From: Planctomycetota bacterium
GTDB taxonomy: Bacteria > Planctomycetota > UBA11346
Direction of reading: 5' to 3'
Assembly (NCBI GenBank): GCA_038213805.1
Contig: JBBQSO010000051.1
Coordinates: 1-37,935, forward strand
Length of the DNA: 37,935 nucleotides
This document shows, piece by piece, positions 20,480-28,894 of this stretch (positions are counted from its first letter, which is position 1; every line of letters starts with the position of its first letter). The position numbers and the translations under genes were made by a program. Below the pieces are notes generated by a model, which worked only from the letters and a program-made list of their open reading frames with translations, ran no database searches and was not told where the DNA came from.

Positions 20480-21850
20480 TCAATGAAGGAGCATGGATCC
20501 GCCGCTGCCGAGTCCCGAGATCAGGCTGTTGAGAGCCTCGGTGTCGGTGGTCGAGCGCATGCTCACGGTCGCCTCGACGATGCGGTGCTGGGGGGCGTTG
20601 CCGTTGATGCTCTGATTTGACTGGCGGGACATGAAGACGCGCACCCGGATCTGGTTGATCTCCAGATTCCCATCGGTGCGGAAGGTGTCGAAGGTGATGC
20701 GGTCGACGTGGTCGGAAAGCACCTTGTCGATGACCATGGCGAAATCGCGGCTTGAGCCGCTGTCCGGGTCCGCAAAAGCACCGATCGAGAGACGGCGGTC
20801 GGATGCCACCAGTTGGTTGGTGGGCTTTTTATAGGCGCGCACCAGCTGGCCGCGGCTGTTATTGGACGTGTTCGGCACCACCGCGTAGGTGTACTCGCGC
20901 AGATCGCCGACGTCGACCCGCTGCGGCACGGTTGCGGTCGGCGTGGTCAGGGTCGGGTACTGGCTGATCGCCTCCCAACGTAGCGGCATGCTGATCGCAT
21001 AGACCGGGGCGTTGGTCGCTGGGCGCAGCCAGATGCCGTTGACGTTCGCCTCGAAGACCTTGCCGCCAGTGTCGGCGGCCACCGGGTCAGCGATGTAGTA
21101 TCTGCCATCGGTGCCACTACCGGCCGTCGGCGCGACATAGTTCGCCGGGATGCGCGCCCAATCGCTGATCTTGCGGATGCCGAGTGCGTGGTGGCTGTTG
21201 GCATCGATCGGATTCGCCGTGGTGTCGTAGGTGTAGCCGTTCTTGTTGCTGAAGTCGATCGGCGACAGCACCTGGGCGCGCGGATCCGCGTTATAGAAGC
21301 CGTTGTGCACCTGCAGGAACACCAACTCCTGGCTCAGCGCATAGAAGCTGGTGGTGTAGGCGGTGCCCATCGCGCCGGGCGCCAGGCTGGCGTCAGCGGC
21401 GGCTCCGGGCAGCCCAGCGAGGTGGGTGAGCGTTACCTGGCCGCTCGGGTTCGGTGTGGTGTTCTGGGTGCTTGAAATGCGGTGCGTGTGTGGGAAGCGC
21501 GTGCCGAGACCCGTGCTCCCCCCGCTGTTGTACTGAACCTGCACATACGGGTAGAAGTAGTACGTGCGGTCATTGGCGACCCCGCTGAGGGTCGGCTGCC
21601 CTTCCGGCAGGTACCAGCCGGAAGCCACCAGATCCTCGCTGATCACCGCCATGACGCGCTGGCCTTCGACGGTGAGGTCGTCCTGGATCTCGGCGCTGGC
21701 GACATAGCCGCTGATGCCCAGCATCGCCTGGAAGACCGCGGACATCACCAGGGTGAACAGCGCGACGGCGATCACCACCTCGAGCATGGAATAGGCCAGG
21801 CGGGACTGCTGATGACGGGTGCGGGTGGGTTCCATGAATTCTCCGGTCAC
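20480..21850 (-). CDS. PilW/PulJ-like prepilin-type N-terminal cleavage domain protein
   Basis: SRLA-YSMLEVVIAVALFTLVMSAVF prepilin-like motif with E5; the GTG start overlaps the upstream stop (alternative ATG 21835). Confidence 0.75.
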   Translation of the reverse strand: MTGEFMEPTRTRHQQSRLAYSMLEVVIAVALFTLVMSAVFQAMLGISGYVASAEIQDDLTVEGQRVMAVISEDLVASGWYLPEGQPTLSGVANDRTYYFYPYVQVQYNSGGSTGLGTRFPHTHRISSTQNTTPNPSGQVTLTHLAGLPGAAADASLAPGAMGTAYTTSFYALSQELVFLQVHNGFYNADPRAQVLSPIDFSNKNGYTYDTTANPIDANSHHALGIRKISDWARIPANYVAPTAGSGTDGRYYIADPVAADTGGKVFEANVNGIWLRPATNAPVYAISMPLRWEAISQYPTLTTPTATVPQRVDVGDLREYTYAVVPNTSNNSRGQLVRAYKKPTNQLVASDRRLSIGAFADPDSGSSRDFAMVIDKVLSDHVDRITFDTFRTDGNLEINQIRVRVFMSRQSNQSINGNAPQHRIVEATVSMRSTTDTEALNSLISGLGSGGSMLLH

Positions 21851-22548
21851 TGCTTGCGGGCGAGGAAGAGCTCGTGCCGGAGGGCCGGCACGCCGTTCGC
21901 GCCCTCGCGCCAGGTGATCAGGATGCGGATGACGGTATTGTTGGTCGTCGATGTGCCGGAACTGACGCTGAAGGTGGTCATGCGGTTGGTCACGCCGGTA
22001 CCGTTGGTGATGCGGGAATAGAAAGTCGCGCGATCCGGGGGCGGCGTCACTGCGCTGCCCACGCCACCAAGGAGGGCCGTGCCGTCATAATACTCGACGT
22101 AGACCTTGAGGTCCGGCACTCCCGACTTCTGCGAGAGGATGCCCAAGCCGATGAGATCATCGTTGGCGGTGGCCGCGTTGTTGTCCTTGAGCGGTGGATT
22201 GAGGGTGCTCACGGTGGTACCGTCACCGTCCGGATCAGAGGCATAGCGCGGCAGGGACCATTGGTTGCCGCTGTTCTGGCCACCGAGATCGGTCCAGGCG
22301 GTACCCATCAGCCGCTCGGACATGATCGCCGCGATCTGCTGGGCCTGCGCCATCTCGATGGCGAGGTTACGCGCCGAATTCAACGTCGGGATGTTGCTGA
22401 GCACCCCCATGATGCCGACCGTCAGGACCACCACCGCGAGCATGATCTCGATCATGGTCAGACCGGCGGCGCGCCTGGGCGTGCGCGCAACGCTTGGCGC
22501 GTTCGTGGCGCTCGCCGAGCACAGCGGATGGTTCAATGAGTGTAACAT
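21847..22548 (-). CDS. PilV/PulI-like prepilin-type N-terminal cleavage domain protein
   Basis: RRAAG-LTMIEIMLAVVVLTVGIMGVL class III signal with E5; C-terminal IRILITWRE strand. Confidence 0.8.
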   Translation of the reverse strand: MLHSLNHPLCSASATNAPSVARTPRRAAGLTMIEIMLAVVVLTVGIMGVLSNIPTLNSARNLAIEMAQAQQIAAIMSERLMGTAWTDLGGQNSGNQWSLPRYASDPDGDGTTVSTLNPPLKDNNAATANDDLIGLGILSQKSGVPDLKVYVEYYDGTALLGGVGSAVTPPPDRATFYSRITNGTGVTNRMTTFSVSSGTSTTNNTVIRILITWREGANGVPALRHELFLARKQ

Positions 22549-22844
22549 GTGCTTACCGTGCGCATGAAAGTGAAGTTGATCGGCCTGAACCGGTTTTTTT
22601 GCGTGTGATTCGATGTCATGGGCGTCATCTCATTGATTATATAAATGCGGAAGTTTTGACGATGGCTGATGCGGCCCGTGGCATTTTCGGTGTGTCATAC
22701 CAGGCATGTTTTCACGGCGCGTGCAGGCGCCGTTCGGTGGCAGGAAGCACACCGAGGATACCTCGCTTCGCGTCAGCCCGCAATTTTACGGCGTGCGGTG
22801 CACGAACGGAATGGTGTCAGCGCCGAGCAGTTCGCGCCCGCACG

Positions 22845-24149
22845 TCAGCCCGCCGCCGCCGCAAATGCCTGACGCGCCGCCTTCAACGTCGCCCGCACCT
22901 CGCGCGGCCCGTGCGCGCCCGACCAGAACGCCGCCTCGAACGGGCTGGGCGCCAAGTACACGCCGTGCGCGATCATCGCCGCACAGAAGCGGCGCCAGCG
23001 CTCCACATCGCTGGCTGCGGCCGTGGCATAATCGATTACCGGACGGTCGCTGAAGAAGAACCCCCACATCGTGCCGCTCTGGGCGAACTGGATGGCCACT
23101 CCGGCCTCGGCGGCGAGTTCGCGCAGGCCGCTGAGCATGGCGGTGAGCGCCGCGCCCTGGCGCGCATAGAATCCCGGCTTGGCCGCGAGCGCCAGAGTCG
23201 CCGCACCCGCCGCGACCGCGACCGGGTTGCCGCTGAGCGTGCCCGCCTGGTAGCACGGACCGAGCGGCGCCAGCTGCGCCATCACGTCGCGGCGCCCGCC
23301 GTAGGCCGCCAACGGCAGGCCGCCGCCGATGACCTTGCCCAGGCAGGTGAGATCGGGACGCACCCCGCACAGCCGCTGATAGCCGCCCCACGCGGTGCGG
23401 AAACCAGTCATCACCTCGTCGAAGACCAGCAGTGCGCCATGCGCCGTGCACAGCGTGCGCAGCCCGGCCAGATATCCCGCCTGCGGCAGCACCAGGCCCA
23501 TGTTGCCGGCCACCGGCTCGACAATGAAGGCGGCGATGCGGCCGCGGTTGCGCGTGAACATGCGTTCGGCCGCGGCGAGGTCGTTGTAGGGCACCGAAAT
23601 GGTGCACGCGGTGAAGGCCGCGGGCACGCCCGCGCTGTCAGGCTGCCCAAGCGTGGCGCAGCCGCTGCCCGCCGCGACCAGCAGATGGTCGGCGTGGCCA
23701 TGGTAGCAGCCGTCGCACTTGATGATGAGATCGCGACCGGTCGCCGCGCGCGCCACGCGCAGCGCACTCATCGTCGCCTCGGTGCCCGAGTTGACCAGGC
23801 GCACCTGGTCCATCCCCGGCAAGGCCGCGCACAGCGTCTCCGCATAGCTGCCCTCCGCCGCGGTCGGCGCACCGAAACTGGTGCCCGCCTTCGCCGCGCG
23901 CGTGATCGCGCGCACCACCGCCGGATGTGCGTGCCCATGGATGAGCGGGCCCCAGCTCAGCACGTAGTCGACGTAACGTCGCCCATCCACATCGGTCAGC
24001 CAAGCGCCCGCACCGCGCGCGATCACCGGCGGCTTGCCGCCCAGCCGTTTCCATGCCCGCACCGGCGAGTTGACCCCCCCCGGGATGCGGCGCATCGCCT
24101 TCGCGAACAGGGCGCGGGAGCGGGGACCGGTGAGGGCGCGTGTGGGCAT
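22845..24149 (-). CDS. hemL: Glutamate-1-semialdehyde 2,1-aminomutase
   Basis: IPGGVNSPVRA, DYVLSWGP, NSGTEATMSA, FDEVMTGFR, LGKVIGGGLP, YQAGTLSGNP; start ATG 24149. Confidence 0.97.
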   Translation of the reverse strand: MPTRALTGPRSRALFAKAMRRIPGGVNSPVRAWKRLGGKPPVIARGAGAWLTDVDGRRYVDYVLSWGPLIHGHAHPAVVRAITRAAKAGTSFGAPTAAEGSYAETLCAALPGMDQVRLVNSGTEATMSALRVARAATGRDLIIKCDGCYHGHADHLLVAAGSGCATLGQPDSAGVPAAFTACTISVPYNDLAAAERMFTRNRGRIAAFIVEPVAGNMGLVLPQAGYLAGLRTLCTAHGALLVFDEVMTGFRTAWGGYQRLCGVRPDLTCLGKVIGGGLPLAAYGGRRDVMAQLAPLGPCYQAGTLSGNPVAVAAGAATLALAAKPGFYARQGAALTAMLSGLRELAAEAGVAIQFAQSGTMWGFFFSDRPVIDYATAAASDVERWRRFCAAMIAHGVYLAPSPFEAAFWSGAHGPREVRATLKAARQAFAAAAG

Positions 24150-24346
24150 GCCTTCTCGTCGCGTCCCGTGCGCGTCGCGCAAGAGGAGAGCGGACCGCAG
24201 CGCGAGGCCCGTCACCTCACATCCGAAACCCTGCCATGGAGTTCTAGACCTCGCATCTCGTGCCCCAGGACTCCCCCATCTGCCCTTCCCCCTCCGCTCT
24301 CCCTTCCCGCCCTTGCGACCTCCCGCCATTCGGACTACCCTAGGGT

Positions 24347-24958
24347 GTGCTTTACCTCGCCAGCCGCAGTCCGCAGCGCGCCATGCTCCTCACCCGGGCC
24401 GGGGTCGCCTTCCAGGTGGTCGGTTCGCGCTGCGACGAAGAGCGCATCCGTCTGCCCCAACCGCAGATGCTGGCCATCGAGCGCGCCCGCGCCAAGGCCC
24501 GCGAAGCCATCCTCGACACCGCGCAACTGCATGGCCAGCCGTGCCTCGCCGTCGGCGCCGACACCGTGGTCGCACTCGGCCAAGAGGTGTTCGGCTCGCC
24601 CGCGGATAACGCCGACGCGCGTGCCATCCTCAGCCGCCTGCAGGGCACCACCCATCAGGTCTTCACCGGCCACGCCTGCACGGCCTTCGCCGCCGACGGC
24701 AGCCAGCTCACCGAGGCGGTGGCTCTGGCTTCGGCGCGCGTGACCATGCGCGCGCTCTCGGCCACCGAGATCCAGGCCTATGTCGACAGCGGCGAGAGCG
24801 ACGGCCGCGCCGGCGCCTACGCCATCCAGGAGACCGGCGACCGCTTCGTCACCGACCTGCAGGGCGGCTGGGATACCGTGGTCGGCCTCAACGTCGCCAT
24901 CCTCCTGCGCCTCCACCAGCAATGCCTGGACGCCCTCGCCGTCGGACCGCGCCCATGA
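24347..24958 (+). CDS. maf: Maf family nucleoside triphosphate pyrophosphatase
   Basis: LYLASRSPQR, GADTVV, HQVFTG, AGAYAIQ, VVGL. Confidence 0.9.
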   Translation: MLYLASRSPQRAMLLTRAGVAFQVVGSRCDEERIRLPQPQMLAIERARAKAREAILDTAQLHGQPCLAVGADTVVALGQEVFGSPADNADARAILSRLQGTTHQVFTGHACTAFAADGSQLTEAVALASARVTMRALSATEIQAYVDSGESDGRAGAYAIQETGDRFVTDLQGGWDTVVGLNVAILLRLHQQCLDALAVGPRP

Positions 24959-25701
24959 TCGCCATCGTCTCGGACCTCCATTCCAACCTCGAGGCGGTCG
25001 AGGCGGTGATGGACCACTGCCTGAAGCTCGGCGTGAAGCAGTTCCTGTGCCTGGGCGACGTCATCGGCTACGGCCCCGACCCGCTGGCGGTGACGCGCAT
25101 CGCGCAACAGACCTTCAACGTCTCGCTGATGGGCAACCACGAAGAGGCCCTGGTCACCGGCAAGCACCGCTTCAACCCCCTCGCGGCGCGTGCCATCGAC
25201 TGGACACGCACCGTGCTGGCCAACACCACCGGCCCCGACGCCGCGATCCCCTGGTTCAAGGAGCGCACCCCCTTCGTGCTCAAGGGCAACCTGCTGCTGG
25301 TCCACGGCTCGATCTACGACCCCGTCCACGACTATGTCGACGAGCCGGAGAATCCCGTCGAAGCGCAGCAGATGATCGAGACCCTGAGCCGCGACTTCTC
25401 GGGCTTCGACATCTGCTTCGCTGGCCACAACCACACTCCCTTCCTGGCCACCACGCTCGGCATCATGGTGCCGCACGACGGCCACCGCACCTTTCGCATC
25501 CCCAAGGGGCACAAGGCCTATGTCTGCGTCGGCTCGGTCGGCCAGCCACGCGACCGCGACAACCGCGCGAGCTTCGCCACCCTGGACGGCGATCACCTGA
25601 CCTTCCACCGGCTCAAGTACGACTTCCAGCGCACCCAGGACAAGATCATCAGCGCTGGCCTGAGTCGCTTCCTGGCGGAACGCCTCGAACAAGGGATGTG
25701 A
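24955..25701 (+). CDS. Calcineurin-like metallophosphoesterase
   Basis: SDLHSN, LGDVIGYGPDP, GNHE, HGS, GHNH, GSVGQPRD; ATG 24955 overlaps the maf stop. Confidence 0.92.
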   Translation: MIAIVSDLHSNLEAVEAVMDHCLKLGVKQFLCLGDVIGYGPDPLAVTRIAQQTFNVSLMGNHEEALVTGKHRFNPLAARAIDWTRTVLANTTGPDAAIPWFKERTPFVLKGNLLLVHGSIYDPVHDYVDEPENPVEAQQMIETLSRDFSGFDICFAGHNHTPFLATTLGIMVPHDGHRTFRIPKGHKAYVCVGSVGQPRDRDNRASFATLDGDHLTFHRLKYDFQRTQDKIISAGLSRFLAERLEQGM

Positions 25702-25918
25702 CCTCAGGGTCCAGAAGTCCGGGGTCCGGAAGTCACGGCGGCAGAAGCTGACGCCGGCTCAGAGCCACGCGATGACCCGCACATGGACTGCGCTGACCAC
25801 AGCGGTCCCCAGCCGCAGCCGCCGTCGACTTCCCGTCGCCGGACTGCCGCACGCTTCCCCGACTTGCGCCCGCCCCCGTGCGGCCACCATGCCGTCGCAA
25901 CGCCAAGGAGATCACGGC

Positions 25919-27205
25919 ATGGAGCGCTGTCCGCTCGGACTGGTAGGTTGGGGCACGGTGGGTGGCGGCGTGGTCGAGATCCTCGAACGCGATCCGGAGC
26001 TGTTCCGCGCACGCTGTGGGCTCGACCTCCACCTGCGCACGATCGTCACGCGCACCCCCTCGCGGCCGCGGGGCCGCACCCCGGCCGGGGCCACGGTCAC
26101 CGATCGGCTCGACGCCATCCTTGGCGATGCGGAGATCCGCACCGTCATCCACCTGGTTGGCGGCACCACGGTGGCGCGCGACATCGCCCTGGCCTGCCTG
26201 GCGGCCGGCAAGCACGTGGTCACGGCCAACAAGGCCATGCTCGCCGTCCACGGTGACGAGCTCTTCGCCGCCGCCGCCGCCCATGACGTCAGCATCGCCT
26301 TCGAGGCGGCGGTCGCCGGCGGCATCCCGGTCATCGCCGCCCTGCGCGATGGCCTGGTCGCCAACCGCATCGAGGCGATCTCCGCCATCCTCAACGGCAC
26401 CTGCAACTTTATCCTCACCAAGATGGAGGAGGAGGGCCGCAGTTACGCTGAAGCCCTGGCCGAGGCGCAGCGCCTGGGCTATGCGGAAGCGGATCCCACG
26501 CTCGATGTCGATGGTACCGACACGGCGCACAAGCTCGCCATCCTGGCGCGCATCGCCTTCCACACGCGCATTCCGATAGAGAACGTTCGCATCGAAGGCA
26601 TCCAAAACATCACTTTTCAGGACATCGCATCTGCTAAGACCATGGGAGCCCGCATCAAGCTCCTTGCGGTCGCCAAACGGCGACCGGAAGGGCTCGAATT
26701 GCTGGTTGCCCCCACCCTGGTTCCCATAGAGCACCCGCTTTCGTCTGTAAGTCGAAACTACAACGGTATTTACATAGTCGGATCGGCCGCCGGCCCCACC
26801 CTGCTCGTCGGCCAGGGTGCGGGCGCATTGCCAACCGCGAGCGCGGTCATGGCTGATGTTGTCGATGTCTGCACCGGACGGTATCAGGCCACAGCCCGTC
26901 GATTCCGGTTCTTCACCAATGCTGAGCCTTTGACCTTTTTGCCTGAGGACGAAGAAGTCACCAGTAGTTATGCGCGCTTCGCGGTACCTGATCGCGCTGG
27001 AATTCTTGCCGGAATCACGAATGGTCTGAGCCAGCAGGGGGTCAGCGTTTTGAGCATTCATCAGGGCGCAGCTGACGCTCAGGGGCATGCCTGCATTGAA
27101 ATCACGACGCACCCCCTCCGTGGCGGCCATTTCCTCAAGGCTATCAAACATATTGATGATAGTGGTCTAACCCTGCATCCGACGGTTACCCTTCGTCGTC
27201 TCTGA
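25919..27205 (+). CDS. hom: Homoserine dehydrogenase with C-terminal ACT domain
   Basis: AAGGAG before ATG 25919; GWGTVGGG, HVVTANK, FEAAVAGGIP, ILNGTCNFIL, GYAEADPTLDVDG, GQGAGALPTASAV. Confidence 0.96.
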   Translation: MERCPLGLVGWGTVGGGVVEILERDPELFRARCGLDLHLRTIVTRTPSRPRGRTPAGATVTDRLDAILGDAEIRTVIHLVGGTTVARDIALACLAAGKHVVTANKAMLAVHGDELFAAAAAHDVSIAFEAAVAGGIPVIAALRDGLVANRIEAISAILNGTCNFILTKMEEEGRSYAEALAEAQRLGYAEADPTLDVDGTDTAHKLAILARIAFHTRIPIENVRIEGIQNITFQDIASAKTMGARIKLLAVAKRRPEGLELLVAPTLVPIEHPLSSVSRNYNGIYIVGSAAGPTLLVGQGAGALPTASAVMADVVDVCTGRYQATARRFRFFTNAEPLTFLPEDEEVTSSYARFAVPDRAGILAGITNGLSQQGVSVLSIHQGAADAQGHACIEITTHPLRGGHFLKAIKHIDDSGLTLHPTVTLRRL

Positions 27206-27221
27206 TGTTCCACGTGGAACC
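27206..27221. promoter_or_regulatory. parS centromere-like site 1
   Basis: TGTTCCACGTGGAACC: perfect 14-bp palindrome GTTCCACGTGGAAC matching the bacterial parS consensus TGTTNCACGTGNAACA, directly upstream of parA. Confidence 0.9.
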
Positions 27222-27239
27222 GCCCCCCATTGGGGATCC

Positions 27240-27255
27240 TGTTCCACGTGGAACC
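27240..27255. promoter_or_regulatory. parS centromere-like site 2
   Basis: Second identical TGTTCCACGTGGAACC, starting 34 bp after the first. Confidence 0.9.
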
Positions 27256-27273
27256 AAGCCCTCTGGATCGCGC

Positions 27274-28008
27274 ATGGCCCATATCCTTGCCGTATCAAAT
27301 CAGAAGGGTGGCGTTGGAAAGACCACCACGGTCGTCAATCTGGCCGCTTTTTGCGCCCTGAGTGGGAAAAAGACCCTGGTCATCGACAATGATCCTCAGG
27401 GAAATGCCAGCAGCGTACTTCTAGGACGTGCCTCTGGTCCTTCCATTTATAGCGGGCAGAGCCCACATCAGACCGTGCAGGACAATCTCTGGGCCATCTC
27501 CTCGGGAGAAGACCTCCTGGAGCAGGAAAAGGCTCTCGCCCGCAGCGAAGGGGGCAGATTTGCCTTACGGAATGCCTTGACCCCCCTGCGTGAAGATTTC
27601 GATCTGATTTTCATCGATTGCCCGCCGAATCTTTCTTTCCTGCCGATGAATGCCTTCTTGGCGGCAGATCATCTTTTGATTCCCCTCCAGAGTGAATACT
27701 TCGCCATGGAGGGGCTCTCGCAGCTGCTTGCCTTCGTCGACGACCTCCGCCAAGATGTCCACGCAAATATCGCGGTGCTGGGGATCTTGCTGACCATGTA
27801 CGAGGCTCGCCATCCGCTTGCCCGCCAGGTTGCCGATCAAGTCCGTCAGCACTTCGGTCCGAAAGCCTTCGCCGCCGCCATTCCACGCGATATCGCCTTG
27901 GCGGCGGCGCCGAGTCATGGTCAAACGATCCTTTCCTACGACCCCCTTAGTCCTGGCGGCATCGCCTATCTTGACGCTGCCAAGGAGTTGCTGCATGTCC
28001 TTAAATGA
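27274..28008 (+). CDS. parA: ParA/Soj family ATPase
   Basis: Start ATG 27274; deviant Walker A NQKGGVGKTTT, IDNDPQGNAS, IDCPP, PLQSEYFAMEGL, APSHG. Confidence 0.96.
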   Translation: MAHILAVSNQKGGVGKTTTVVNLAAFCALSGKKTLVIDNDPQGNASSVLLGRASGPSIYSGQSPHQTVQDNLWAISSGEDLLEQEKALARSEGGRFALRNALTPLREDFDLIFIDCPPNLSFLPMNAFLAADHLLIPLQSEYFAMEGLSQLLAFVDDLRQDVHANIAVLGILLTMYEARHPLARQVADQVRQHFGPKAFAAAIPRDIALAAAPSHGQTILSYDPLSPGGIAYLDAAKELLHVLK

Positions 28009-28876
28009 CAATAGTTTAGGGCGTAGTTTGAGCGACGTTTTTGCTAAAACCGTGCGCCGCGACCCACCCAAAGGGTATTTAGAGGTCGATATTGGCCTGG
28101 TCGCGCCTCCGCGCGCCAACCCCCGACAGGATTTCGACGATCAGGCCCTCGATGAACTGGCCGCCAGCCTGCTCCAGCACGGCATGCTGCAACCGATCGT
28201 GGTGCTCAAGCGCGAGATCGGCTACGAGGTGCTCTCGGGCGAGCGCCGGCTGCGTGCGGCAAAAAAAGCCGGTTTGGCGAAGGTGCCCGTGGTGGTGCGC
28301 GAGGAAAATGATGCCCAGCATCAGGCCGAGCTGCGCCTGATCGAGAACATCCAGCGCGAGAACCTCAATGCCATCGAGCTGGCCGAAGCCTACCAGGCGC
28401 TGATCGAACAGCATGGCCTGACCCATGAGGCCCTTGCCGACCGCCTCAACAAGGAACGCAGCAGCATCAGCAACGCCCTGCGCCTGCTCGCACTGCCCGA
28501 AGAGCTGCGCGTCCTGGTGCGCAGCCAGGCCCTGAGCCTGGGCCACGCCAAGGTCCTGGTCGGGATGACCGACCGCGCTTGGCAGCTGACCGTGGCCCGG
28601 CGCATCCGCGACGAAGAGCTCTCAGTGCGCGCGACCGAGCGTCTGGCCAAGGAGGGGGCCCCCGTCAGCGCCGACGTTGCGAGCACCACCGTGGGCAAGC
28701 CCCCGCACCTGCGCGAGCTCGAGACCAACCTCTTCCACCTCTTCGGTACGCGTGTGAGCGTGAAGGAAAAGGGCGGCAAGGGTGCCATGACCCTGCATTT
28801 CGACAGCAAGGACCACTTCCAGCGGGTGGTCGCCATCATGGACCGCATCATCAAGCAGGCGAACGCAGGGGGCTGA
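27995..28876 (+). CDS. parB: ParB/Spo0J chromosome partitioning protein
   Basis: Start ATG 27995 overlapping parA; NPRQDF, GMLQPI, GERRLRA arginine patch, LIENIQRENLNAIE, HTH RSSISNALRLL. Confidence 0.96.
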   Translation: MSLNDNSLGRSLSDVFAKTVRRDPPKGYLEVDIGLVAPPRANPRQDFDDQALDELAASLLQHGMLQPIVVLKREIGYEVLSGERRLRAAKKAGLAKVPVVVREENDAQHQAELRLIENIQRENLNAIELAEAYQALIEQHGLTHEALADRLNKERSSISNALRLLALPEELRVLVRSQALSLGHAKVLVGMTDRAWQLTVARRIRDEELSVRATERLAKEGAPVSADVASTTVGKPPHLRELETNLFHLFGTRVSVKEKGGKGAMTLHFDSKDHFQRVVAIMDRIIKQANAGG

Positions 28877-28894
28877 TCCCCGCCGGGCGCCTGC

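Noticed and set aside
27205..27273. ParA N-terminal extension MFHVEPP...
   Set aside because: It is the translation of the parS palindromes; ParA homology starts at ATG 27274.
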